From Chlorokybus atmophyticus (lineage: Eukaryota; Plantae; Mesostigma and Chlorokybus algae), in contig RHPI01000773.1 of NCBI GenBank assembly GCA_009103225.1, forward strand, positions 411,924 through 475,923: a stretch of DNA of 64,000 bases, given 5' to 3'. This document shows, piece after piece, positions 13,507 to 25,084 of the stretch. Made by a program: the position numbers and the translations under genes. Numbering within the stretch: position 1 is the first letter of the stretch; every line of letters begins with the position of its first letter. The notes under the pieces are model-generated. The model saw nothing but the letters and a program-made list of their open reading frames with translations, was not told the origin of the DNA and searched no databases.

Positions 13507-13767
13507 GGGCAGCCGCAGTGGCAGTGGAAGATCCGTCTAGAGGCTACCACTGCTGGCCAGCAGCAGGCATTGGTTTGCTTGATCTAAAGCCGGGCGAGCC
13601 GCAGCTTGCGAGTGAGTCAGCGATGCGCGCCCGTATCCTGCCATCGCGCTTTGGGGGTCTATTGTATTTCATGATCCAGGTCCCCTTTCCACAATCAAGC
13701 ATAGGGGGAGGTACTACCGGTGAATCAGTCGAATGCAGATACCGGTATGATCTGACTGATCTGTTTG

Positions 13768-13798
13768 CAGCACGATTCATGAGTCATGAATCGTGCTG
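13768..13798. repeat. 31-bp palindrome with 15-bp perfect arms and a 1-nt centre
   Basis: CAGCACGATTCATGA-G-TCATGAATCGTGCTG, centred on TGAGTCA. Confidence 0.95.
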
Positions 13799-14762
13799 GC
13801 GAGGAAGGTCCGTTTTTCTGACACAGGGTGCCAATTGCTGCAAGGTGGCACGCAATTGTGTCACATCACATGCCCGATTGCCTAGCCCTGGTTATCTACA
13901 AGACAGTCCCCTATTGGTAGGGATCTGAGTGACATAGATGTCCAATTATAGGGGCCTAAGGGAACCACATATATAACAAATTTTGTTGGGGTAAATGCGT
14001 TACAAGCAATCCCCTACCAGCAGGCAATGTCTTATACTTGAAGTTTTGTTGTTTTGCAACCTTCTGATATGGTTTAAAATGGGTATACCTCATTGTGGTC
14101 GGTGACATGTTATACGTTATTGATTTTGTGCATACTTAAAATGAAGAGTACGTATAGTGTGCGGCAACACGTGGGCAAATGGGCAAGCATTAACTAGCAT
14201 TGACATGAATCGCAGTGTTATATTGACAACATTGTATTTTAATTTATTCAATTATAAGCTTATACCTTTGTCACAGTACAGCATCCGGCAAACTCACATC
14301 ATCATTTAAACTTAAGTATTGTTGTTAATGATAATGTAAATTTGCCAAATGCTATGTAACCGTGATAAAGATTGAAATCTTACAAACCCATTCGAAAAAT
14401 CGAATCCCTAATCATATGCATGCGCAACATGGCACTATTTATACATTTCATATTCGAATCATTCAATAAGCTTATAAGAAAGGCTTGGAATCTTGGCGAG
14501 CCGCTTAAAAGCATATGCGTTTACGTTGCATGACACATAAAGACCAAAAGTTGGTTTGCGAACATATCAAGTTTCAAATAAGGGACGAAAGTGAAAGTTA
14601 AGGCTTGCGACATACGATGTGAATAGTTGGATAATGATGCGCAATTCACGATTCCAACTTCTTATAATATAACTACCATGCTTGAGCCGCCCCGCGTGCT
14701 TTCCCTCATTTGCCATTAAAACTTATGTCTTGGTGACTTCTCTCGCGAGCTACTGTTGCTTT

Positions 14763-15293
14763 ATGGTTGCACTCATGCGGCCACTGTTGAGGCTACATGC
14801 GACCGCGTGTGGGTTTGAGCGCGAAGGACTTTATGCTGCACGGCTCCTCCATGGCAAGGACTATGCTGGGTTCCTCCACGCGCGGGTGTGCCTCTACTTT
14901 AAGGGTCTGTCCGGCTATGTTGTCACGCGCATCGCGGATGAGGTAAAGAAGGAGGTCCACCATGCCGACGCAGTTGTAGCCAGACAGGGCTCCCGTTGTA
15001 GTAACACAGTGGCATTGCGGTCTCTCCTTGATGGGGGGAAGGCCGCCGTGTCGCAGCTGATCAACCCGGTGATGCGCCTGTGGAGGTGTGGCAACTGCGC
15101 TGACGAGCACTTTGGAGACATCGCGCTCGTATCGGAGGCCGGTGCGCACGGCCACCGTCACGACCGAGGGAATAGTTGCATGCCTGTCGTTACCGGAAAG
15201 AGCCTTAAGGCAAGTGTGCTCAAGCTCGAGGACACTACTCTATCCGTATGTGCGCGCACGCGCACGAAGTCACCACGCTATCAGTGCCGTTGA
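14763..15293 (+). CDS. Intronless hypothetical ORF with a weak ferritin/bacterioferritin-like motif
   Basis: G-starting codon bias in this frame. FLHARVC...GL...EVKKEVHHADAVVAR recalls Bfr FLHARM..WGL...ESIDEMKHADRYIER. No other support. Confidence 0.3.
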   Translation: MVALMRPLLRLHATACGFEREGLYAARLLHGKDYAGFLHARVCLYFKGLSGYVVTRIADEVKKEVHHADAVVARQGSRCSNTVALRSLLDGGKAAVSQLINPVMRLWRCGNCADEHFGDIALVSEAGAHGHRHDRGNSCMPVVTGKSLKASVLKLEDTTLSVCARTRTKSPRYQCR

Positions 15294-15605
15294 GACTCGT
15301 GGCAATTAATGTATTGGTGTTGTTGGCGTTGCAGGTGGGCTTGTGGTGCCGCTGCCAACATCAGCATGACCTATTGGTGGTAGGATGATGGCGCATGCTG
15401 CACCCAACGCACGCTGGGCCCTCGCCTCTATCCCCTTCCTATCCCACATGATAAGCAAATGCTGTTGTTATTGTGGAAGGTGAACAGCATGGTTGTTTTG
15501 CAAAACGATTGAAGACTGAAAGCTTATGCTGTAGCGGACATACGAGGACACGCTTATGTGTTTGCATGTATGCAAAGGATGCTGCCCTGCACCCCCCTCC
15601 CCCCC

Positions 15606-15891
15606 NNNNNNNNNNNNNNNNNNNNNNNNNNNNNNNNNNNNNNNNNNNNNNNNNNNNNNNNNNNNNNNNNNNNNNNNNNNNNNNNNNNNNNNNNNNNNNN
15701 NNNNNNNNNNNNNNNNNNNNNNNNNNNNNNNNNNNNNNNNNNNNNNNNNNNNNNNNNNNNNNNNNNNNNNNNNNNNNNNNNNNNNNNNNNNNNNNNNNNN
15801 NNNNNNNNNNNNNNNNNNNNNNNNNNNNNNNNNNNNNNNNNNNNNNNNNNNNNNNNNNNNNNNNNNNNNNNNNNNNNNNNNNNNNNNNNNN
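15606..15891. other. Assembly gap (N run) after a poly-C tract
   Basis: Run of N. Confidence 1.
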
Positions 15892-17268
15892 TTTCTCCGG
15901 CACACTCATGTACTGTACTACATGTAATGGATATATTTTCGTACACATGCATGCAAAAAGCTCACGCCTGTCACATGTGCACACAAGTAGGTGAATAATT
16001 GGTGTCACACTTAGTGGCTAGCAGTAGGTTAGCATATAGCCCGGTGGTGTTGTATGTGAAAATGTGTTGGTGGTGATGTATTGACTGCATGTTTGTGATG
16101 AATGCGGTGTGCCTTGCATGCATGAAGCCTGCCTTGCATCTTTTGTATACTGGTACATGCCGGCAACAGTATGACCACTTCAATTATCACATTGTGGTCG
16201 TCAACGTGGTCCTACTCAAGGCTGACTCTACTGCCGATGTAGGTAATGCATGCTTGCAGACTGACAGGGTTGGGCAGTAGAGTAGTGAAGTAGGTAGTAG
16301 TAGGGAGTGTGTACCTAACCCGGTGGACGTGATAGAGGTGAGTGTGATTGTTGTTGAAGTGTCCATGCATGTATCGTGCATGTTGCATACATCATGTGCA
16401 TATCCTGTACACTACCATTATCATCGCATACACATCCACACATTTCCGGTGCATACACATGGCGCTTGCATTGATAGACAGACAGACGGAGACGTATGGA
16501 TACATGTGCAGATGCAAATGTATATACGCACGCATAGTTGTATAAACTAATGCATAAACATGTTTATGCACCATATTAACATGGGCATGGGACAGCCAGT
16601 TGGCAAATGACCATCTGAATTATACGCTCACACTCACATCAATTCCGCCATATCTAAGCAAACTTTTTAGCTTTCAGCAGTCACACATCGTTCACCATCC
16701 TCCACCTGCTGCACCCACAGCACCCGGGAGCATACACCCTCAAAGGGGTTATGCTCCCATCACCCATGCACGGCCCAAAAAAAAAAATACTTTATGGACA
16801 GTGTACAGACATCCACATCGATTGCCATGCGAATGCACTATATTCACGTCACTTTCAGTAGCCATTTTTCACCTTTGTAAACGCACTATATATGGAAATG
16901 CTTGCTGTCGTACTGAGTATGTACCACGGATATATCACAAGGTACTACCAACTGTATAATCAACTAAAGGCTACAAGACACACTTGCCACATGTAATGTC
17001 CTGTGCATCAATGCACTGCAGCCCATGGAAGTAACTCAATCAGCTGAGGTTGCCAGGTTGGCGACAGCCGTTCAAAGACCTATGTACCAAGAAATGGGGA
17101 CAACAGTTCACATGCACATGGAGCAAGCACGATGTAGAAAAAAAGGGCTGGAAATGCCTGAGCTAACAAGTCATATCTTACAGTACTCACAGCGGCTGGC
17201 AGCTAGGTGACAACACACTTATTCCTGCAGTGGCAGCCTTATGCAACTACACTTCACCCCACCAACAT

Positions 17269-20200
17269 TCACCGCTTCCCACCACCAAACAAGCCAAAGA
17301 TGCCTCCTTTCCTCTTTTCCAGCAACTCGCCCTCCTCGCGTTGCTCCTGAGCAAGGGAAGTAACAATTAGTACAGAAAGTATGGAAACGGACTTGCTGAA
17401 AGCATAATGCACACCAACACGCACCTTCTCTGTGGAATATTTCGCAGCCTGATGCTCCAGCTCAACAGCCTCCTTCTTTAGCTCCCTAGCCTCTTGCAGC
17501 AGAACCTTTGCGCGTGATTCTGTTTCAACAGTGACAGTGTGGATCTCCCGCTGCTTGGTGAGCACTTCCTGCAGAACGCGAAAAACACAATGAGTAATCA
17601 AGCACTCTCTGCGCTCTCTGCACTAGCTGTTCATGCATATAGCCTATACTTGGCACAAACCTCAAGTTCCACTGAGCGAGCCTCCGCAGCGGCAAGAGCC
17701 ACTTCCAGCTCTTCACTAGCGTTCGCGGAAGACTGCTTCAAGGACTCAGCCACTTCCTTTTTGCTCTGCACACAGTATCACAAGTAAGACCATCACCTTC
17801 TTAAGCTAGATAGAACGAGTACAAAGAGGACAAACATACCTCAGCCTCCTTGCGGAGCCGCTTAATCTGCTCCTCAATCACACTCTTTTCTGCACGAGCC
17901 TTCTGCGCATGCTCTTCCGCCGCTTGCAATGTGGCCTGTGCATCTGCGCGCTTCTTCTCTGCAATGTCTAGCGAGCGCTGTGCATCCTCCACGTTGGCTT
18001 CAAGCACCTCCATCTTGGGCTGTAATCGTCAACACATATGTTACACAGATGAACATTTGTCCCTGTTAGATCATGTGCAACCGTCAACACTCACCAGCTT
18101 GTCCTTGAGCTGATCCTTGACCTTGATATACTCCTCTTGTGTCTGCTTCTGCTTTGCCTTCTTCTCCTCGAGCTGCTCCTCCAACTCCTTGGCGCGTGCA
18201 CGACCTTTCTCCAGACGCTCCAAGAGCAAGCGAGCCTCTTTCTCGGCTTGCGAGACACTAGCATCCACCTGCACGATGGAACACAACGTCAATTGCGGTC
18301 ACCTAACGCGATTATTAGATGGAGTGGATAATGAGTAAAAGAATTCCACGGCCATGTTGAGCAGGAGAGAGGAGAGAAAGTCTGTTCCCCATACAGTATG
18401 CCAGCTGGCTACAGCACACAATGAATCCTCAGCTGCACTTGCCTCTTGCTTCTCACTTGCAAGCTTCAGGATAACATCCGTCAGATCAGCATTGTCCGAG
18501 TTGAGATCACGCTCCAGAGCCTTGAGGTTGGCCACTTCCAGCCTAATGTCGCGATACTCAGTCTCCTTTTCTTTCTTGTCTTGCTCTAGGTTGCCCGCTG
18601 TCGCCGCAAGATACTCCACTTCGGAGCGTTTAGCTTCAGCAAGCTTGGCAGCATCAGTAGCCTCAACCTGCACCGGGCCATGCACACTTCAAGTCTGTTC
18701 CCGACACATTGTGTGCCATCTGACTCAACATCATTGACTAGCGATGCCGCACCTGCAGATGCTCTGCTTGATGAACTGTGGTCTTCAACTTTTGGTTCTC
18801 CACTTCATCAACAGATTTCAACAGGCGCTGTCGCTCCTCTTCATCACGTTGACGCTGCGTACACAACAACTCGAGTTGGCATGCAATTTGCTTCTACACT
18901 TAACTGCCGTTCATGTTGAACATCATTGTCACCTGCAGCTCAAGTTCCTGGGCTTTGACCTCAGCTTCCTTCTTCTCTTCCAAGATCTCCCTTGTGCGCC
19001 TCTCAGTTCTGTTTATTAACAGCTCAATTAGCCAACTCATAATTACTGTTGTGAGTAACAGGCCAGCCAGTGTTCAATGCACTTACTCAATCTCAAGCTC
19101 ATGTGCCTCTTCGCGTTTTGTCATCTCCTCCTTTACAAGGGTCTCTTTCTCCAGCACCTATACCCGGAACACGACAAACTCTGCAACCAATGCCATACAA
19201 GCAAAGCATATTGGTATTTGGCTGCAGCTATCACCTGCTCGTACTTCACATGAGCCATCTGCGCCTTCTCAGCACGCAAGCGCTCGCGCTCTGCCTCAGA
19301 TAACACCTCTGATTGCCTCTGCGAACAATCTAAGGTGTCAATCAAAGCGTAATTGACAGACACAAGCGGAACGTTGTAAAAGTGTGAGACCTCATACCTC
19401 AGCAACTTCCTTCTGCTGCTGCATGGCGTCATAAGCGCTACGCTTCAGCTCCTCCTGCTCGCGCATGAGCTTAGCAATTTCCTCCTCCTTGGCCTTGTAG
19501 GCCTGCGTGGCCTCAATGCGGGCAAGGTAGGCTTCATGCTTCTCTCGCTCAAGCTGCATGCAGTGCTCCAGTTAGACACGCATGATGATAGAAAAGGTGG
19601 GACACTTACATTACTCAAATATTGTTGCACACCCGTTCAGCAGCACTTTCGAGCTCTTGTGTCTTCTCGGCAGCCTTCTGTGCTACTTGCTCGGTCAGCG
19701 TCTCGCGACTGTCGACCCAAGCTTGATCAGCGGACACCTTCGACTCCTGCACAAATATTGAAGCTCAGCTGCTTACGCTGACTGAGTGCTACACACATTC
19801 CACAATGTTGCCTTCTCTGCTCCAGATACCCAACAGTATGCGCAGCTCAGTGCAATACAACAGACCGGTCCATACAGCAATCTCTCACGAGGACAGTCAG
19901 GTATAGGCCGCATGCCTTGGCAAACGCGAAAGCTTAAGGAGTGACGTACATCAAATATTGTCCAGCTTAAGTACTAAGTACCCCGCCCTCTTACCTCTAC
20001 GAGGACAGTAGACTCGCTAGTGAACGTCTCTTTTATGCGCTGAGTGGACTTAACAACGGTCTCCTTGGTCTGCTCGCTGGCGGACTGGAAGCTCCCCTTA
20101 ACTTGTTCAATGGCAGTGTTCTCGCCCGCAGGCGCTGCCGCACGCTCGCTAGCTGTGTCCGCCTAGGCCACAGCCGGTCAGCGCATGCATGCAATGCTGC

Positions 20201-20332
20201 CTGTTGCTCACAGGTTACTACCGACAGCAGCATAAGCATGGAGATTACAAGCGCGCACAGCATAGACTTGCAAGCAACGTTAACGCCAGCAACTACACAA
20301 GCATGCGACACGAGGAACAAGCGACTCACCAT
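17269..20332 (-). CDS. Long coiled-coil protein, paralog B; exon 1 is ATG only
   Basis: ATG|GTGAGT at 20332-20330, then M|ADTASERAAAPAG. Exons align with paralog A (KHEAYLARIEATQAYKAKEEEIAKL vs QKEAYYARMQATEQFKSKEEEIARL). Ends EEGELLEKRKGGIFGLFGGGKR* (TGA 17271-17269). Confidence 0.85.
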
Positions 20333-22370
20333 AGTGCTGACAGCTCTCGTTGACGGCTTCTCAACGCCCTGTTTCACCCTGTTTTCTCACTCACTGCACG
20401 CTCCAGTGACAGCCGCCTAAGCACTGCTCCCCGCCTGCTGAAACACACCCCTCGCAATCACAAACGTCAACACTGTTTCTCACGCTTGGCCTCGATAGCT
20501 GATGGCTTAATTGTGAAGCAGAGTGACAAGCAGCTGCTTTGCTGGTTAAGTGTCGTGACGTCAGCGGGTGAGGATCGCAGTGAGATTGAAATCTCAAAGC
20601 GGTGTATTGAAAATAGGGCGGCTGACATGGCGGGTGCCATGGGTCGATGATCGACGATCTCGTGACCTCCAGCAACCATGCCCCTGCCGTATCCCCCGCG
20701 ACAATCGCTGCGATTCGCTACTTGATATCGATACTGATTTATAACGCAAACATTGAATGGGGTTGAAGCAAACGCTAGTTCACTTCAAGCTAGCTTTCAT
20801 CTGCTGTTGATGCCCTTCATGTTTCGTGGTAGTATAGCATGATTGTACAAAGGCAACACACTGATTATCGAGCATGCACACATTCTTGTTGATGTGTGGG
20901 TATTTGCATGAAGTTTTACATCCATGGTGAAAATGTCCATTCACGCATTGTTTATTATTTATGCAATAGTCAAGTATTCATCGCAAACCTCGTCAATATG
21001 TTTATATATCTTATGTCTCATAGTGGTCAAGCCATGCAAACAGGGATGTGCACATCAATGTTATTGAAACCGTGAAACAAGAAGCATATTTTTTTATTAA
21101 ATTGTTTACAAAGCATGATACCTCGCGGTTTACGCATACTCAATGCACGATGTACACATGATATTATTGTACTCGTTTACTTTATGAATCATCTATTTGA
21201 GCAGCCCTTACTTGAAACACGAGTCAGGCAGTCAGTATGCTCGTAAATAAAAATTACGCTTGTGTATTAAACTAATGATTATGCTTGTGTAACAAACCGC
21301 AACATTGTTTTACATATGTGTTCTAAACATGCACAAACTCTTGTAAACAATAAAATAAATATTTTCTGTACATCTACATTGCAACATGTTTATAAGCATA
21401 ATATATGTGCATATGCGTTGACATGCGATGTCAATTGCTACACACATCATGTATATGCGCCACAACAACCATTAATGTTGAGTACGAAAACCTACTTCAC
21501 CACATGCCTACGAATTCTTTGACATGAGCTATGGATGTTCAAAGACCTACATGATGGTGCTGTGCAAATGTGCACAATATCAATACACGGCCAACAGCAA
21601 TGAAATGCAACATGCACTACTGATGCCCTACTCTCATTAAACATGCTTTACTGTGCGAAAAAGGGTATTCTGCAATGCAAACATGCACTGTGCACTGCTA
21701 TTCTTGTTGTTGCTGCTTACACATGCATGAATTTATGCATAGTGTGCCGCCAACCATAAACATGTTCACCAATTGTTTGTGCATTATACAACTTACCACC
21801 GGGCTCATACTGCATCCACCTTCTACGCTACCAATATCAGCCCAACTCGTTGGCCATACAAGCATGCATAAAGTGAGCACCTGCTCACAGGCCCCTATTC
21901 CGCTTTTTCAGTACATGATGAGCACTCGCAAGCGACGAGTAGGACACCTCCCCGCCACTGCCAACATCCTCATCTTCTCCCACTTTCTGCATTATACCTG
22001 GCAGCGTTTGCCCATACAAACCTTGTTGCGAGGCCGCCACCCTTTGCCCTACCTCTTTATGTAACGCACCTGATCTTTACAGTGCTGTACACGGTGTATA
22101 AAAGATGCAAGAGGAAATTTGTGCATGCAAACCTACATGTACATGCAATGTCATTAACACCACAAACACTCACAACATCGACCACCGGCACAAGGCACCT
22201 ACATGCTACCTACTGACTACCTCTAATTCTACCAATATTGCCCCATGCCAGACATGCATGCATGCACGGCAATTGTAGTCATCTGCACATTCCCCAAGGT
22301 TAGCAGCCGTGCAGCAGCAGCCGCAACAACTAACATCATCAAGAGGACGTGCACTCCCCCCCTCCCTCCC

Positions 22371-22707
22371 TGTAATAAAGTGCTACCTCCATAGAGGTTC
22401 CCTGCCCTTATTTAGGATTAAATAAGGGTCCCAACGGGATTATACAGCCTATTAAGCCATATTAGGGCCGTTAACTTATATTAAAGCCCTAATGTAGTGT
22501 TACTAACCTGTAACACTGATATCGACATGAAATATGAGTCTCATGTTGATATCAGCCGCATGGCGGCGCTGCTAACGCAGCGACCGCCATAGCCAGGGGA
22601 TCTTCTGCTTCGGCAGTTATCCCTGGCGGCGGCGGCATGGGCGGCGTGGCTGGTGGTGGTGTTGGGTAGGGGATTAAAGGGAGGAGGGAGCACCCCATCT
22701 CCTTACA
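22371..22707 (+). repeat. 5' LTR (337 bp)
   Basis: TGTAA...TTACA; about 24 differences from the 3' LTR by manual count (about 7%). Confidence 0.95.
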
Positions 22708-22708
22708 T

Positions 22709-22720
22709 TGGTATCGGAGC
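22709..22720 (+). other. Primer-binding site, initiator tRNA-Met type
   Basis: TGGTATCGGAGC 1 nt after the LTR end; one mismatch to canonical TGGTATCAGAGC. Confidence 0.85.
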
Positions 22721-23160
22721 GCGGGCGGCGAGGGGCCTGTGGGAGGGGTGGTGGCAGGCGGCAGCGACTGTGGCGGCAGGCGGCAGCACTGACCAGTGGC
22801 GGCAGGCGGCAGCGACTGCAGCGGCGGCGGCGGCAACTAGCAGCCGCTACCCACTAGGGTGGGCAGTGGCGGTTGTTAGCTAGTTGTTGTTGTTGTTGTT
22901 ATAGCAGTTATAGTTGCTGCTGGTGCTTAGCCTAGCTTAGCCTAGTTTGCTTGCCTTGCCCTGCCTTGCCTAGCCAGGCTTGTCAGCTTGCGTGAAGGGG
23001 AGGCGGCCACTCAGGCAGCCCCCCAAGCATTGCATGCCCAGCACATCACTTGTAATCACATTATTGTGATAACACTACTGTGCTTGTGCTTGTGTGCTTG
23101 CCACCATGTGGATTTGTGGTGGTGTGAAGGGTGTGAAATAGTATTCACAAAACCAACCCT

Positions 23161-23343
23161 TGTGAGGCAGTCTGGTTGCAACATCGGCTGCCGTTACCGC
23201 CAGTCAGTGCGGTGAGGCCGCCAGAGTCACTCTATGCGGCCGATATCAAACATGTGAGGCAGTCCGGTGGCAACATCGGCCTGCCGTTACCGCCAGTAAG
23301 TGCGGTGAGGCCGCCAAAGTCACTCTGTCGACCGATATCAAAC
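23161..23343 (+). repeat. About 92-bp tandem duplication in the retrotransposon 5' leader
   Basis: TGTGAGGCAGTC...CCGATATCAAA occurs at 23161 and 23253 with few differences. Confidence 0.9.
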
Positions 23344-23638
23344 TCACAACTCGCAACCCTGTGTGTATATTACAATTGTGGGTTGAGCTGAGTTGTACAA
23401 AGTGAAAACTTTGACAAGTTGTAACTTGTGAACCGCCGCGTGGATTCGCGTGCGGTTTCAACGTGAGTGTCTAGTTGAAAGGTGTGTGGAGAGCTCTTGT
23501 TTGAGCTGAATACTCCACGTTAAGCACTTGACATTTGATGAGACAAAATCTATAGATTTTGACACTTTTGTAGTGCACAACTTGGATGTTTTGTGCACTT
23601 GCATACTTCTACTATTGACGGCTTGTATTCTTGGGCAG

Positions 23639-25084
23639 ATGTCTGACCAAGGAAGGGATGATGTGGAGAAGTCCACATCATATGAGCCATCGAGTGAAGA
23701 GGAAGTGAACTACTCTGACACGAGTGAAAGCTATAAGCTTACTGACAGTGAGAAGGAAGGAGCTAAGCAAGACAGCGAAGCTTCTCCCAACCATTCTGCT
23801 CGAAGTGGACCAGCTGCAGTGGACACACAGAGTGTCATTGGCGGGGCCATTGAGAAGTATGCCTCAGAGCGTAAAGCTCTACTTGCTGCCCACCCTCAGC
23901 TTCGTCAAGAAACGTGGGATGCATGGGCGCAGACGGTTCGTGATGGCTATGAGACAGACTTTGCCACACTCCCTCGTGCAAGCAAGGAGATGGTGATCCG
24001 CATGCTCGAACATGAGCTGACGAACAACATCCCGCCACTCGTGCGAGGTGATCCAAAGGTGGCTGCTATCATGGCCGTATATGATAAGCCTCTCCCTTAC
24101 CAAGGCAAGCGAATGGCGTTTGAGGCTTTGGCCAACTTGGGAGTGGAAACCTCACAGCGTTGCAAGAATGTGTTCTGGTACTTGGGACCTAAGTTGGAAG
24201 ACAAGTTGACTGGCCGAGTGCAGTTGACGGCACGCCCCGATGCCATGCAGGCTGAGTTGGTGGCGCTGCGCCAACAGGTGGCAGGTGCTACTTCGGCAGC
24301 TGGGGCATCAGCAGGTCTGCCGGTGACAGCTCTGAACAAGCCTGAGAAGTTCAAGCCTAACGGCAGCGTCAGTATTCACGACTGGGTGGTCACTGTCGAG
24401 CACTACTTGACGGCACTCAAGCGCCCGGTTAATGAGCACATTGTTGCTGAGTTGCTCATGCCATCTGATGCTCTCGCCGAATGGGCGAGGCAGACAGAAC
24501 ATGGTGCTGCCAAGACAGTGGAGGCACTTTTTCAGTTCCTGATGGAACGCTATGGTGGCATGGACCCGGCTACTCAGGCTCGCAACAAACTCAGCAAGTT
24601 GCGCCAGAATGGTCGGGCGGCCTCAACCTATTTGCAGGAGTTTCAGGCATTGGTGGGTCGTGCAAACAGCGGCCTCATGCCCATGGACAAGGCCGAGCAG
24701 TTTGAGTTGTACAAGCGCGGCTTGGATGCGCGTGTGCGTGATCAGCTGCAGTACAACACGGCAACGGGACTTCCTTGGGTTCCAGAGGACTTGGCCAAGC
24801 TGTAGAAGCTGAGCGTGTACCTGTACAATGATGTTACGACGGTGCAGGACAAGTCACATGTGGCAGTTTTGGCCAAGCCGCCGGGGGTGGGGGGAAAGCG
24901 TTTCTCTCATCCAAGTGCACACCTGGCAAAAAAGGCGAAGACATTTGGTGCTTCTACCAGTGGCGCACCTGCTGGTGGTGCCATGCCTGCTGCTGCTTAC
25001 ACCTGTTACGTCTGTCATCAGCCTAACCACATCGCAAAGAACTGCCCAACTAAGGGGAAGGGCAAGGCCAAGAAGGTTAAATAG
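23639..25084 (+). pseudogene. gag: Retrotransposon gag (capsid plus CCHC zinc knuckle) with an internal TAG at 24803
   Basis: One frame from ATG 23639. NKPEKFKP...WV and retrotrans-gag-like ARNKLSKLRQ motifs, CYVCHQPNHIAKNC knuckle, basic tail ending in TAG 25082-25084. Confidence 0.88.

Noticed and set aside
13930-14680. AT-rich islands (also 20700-21700 and 35250-36400) as foreign or viral DNA
   Set aside because: No ORFs, terminal repeats or TSDs detected; they fit ordinary intergenic DNA.
15590-15900. Poly-C/poly-G tracts at gap edges as G-quadruplex elements (also 31430-31610 and 46925-47120)
   Set aside because: They coincide with assembly breaks, so true length and sequence are unknown; the X-containing ORFs there are artefacts.
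23161-23343. Short direct-repeat arrays as CRISPR-like loci (also 35823-36012 and 40067-40271)
   Set aside because: These are contiguous tandem units without unique spacers, in eukaryotic context, with no cas genes.
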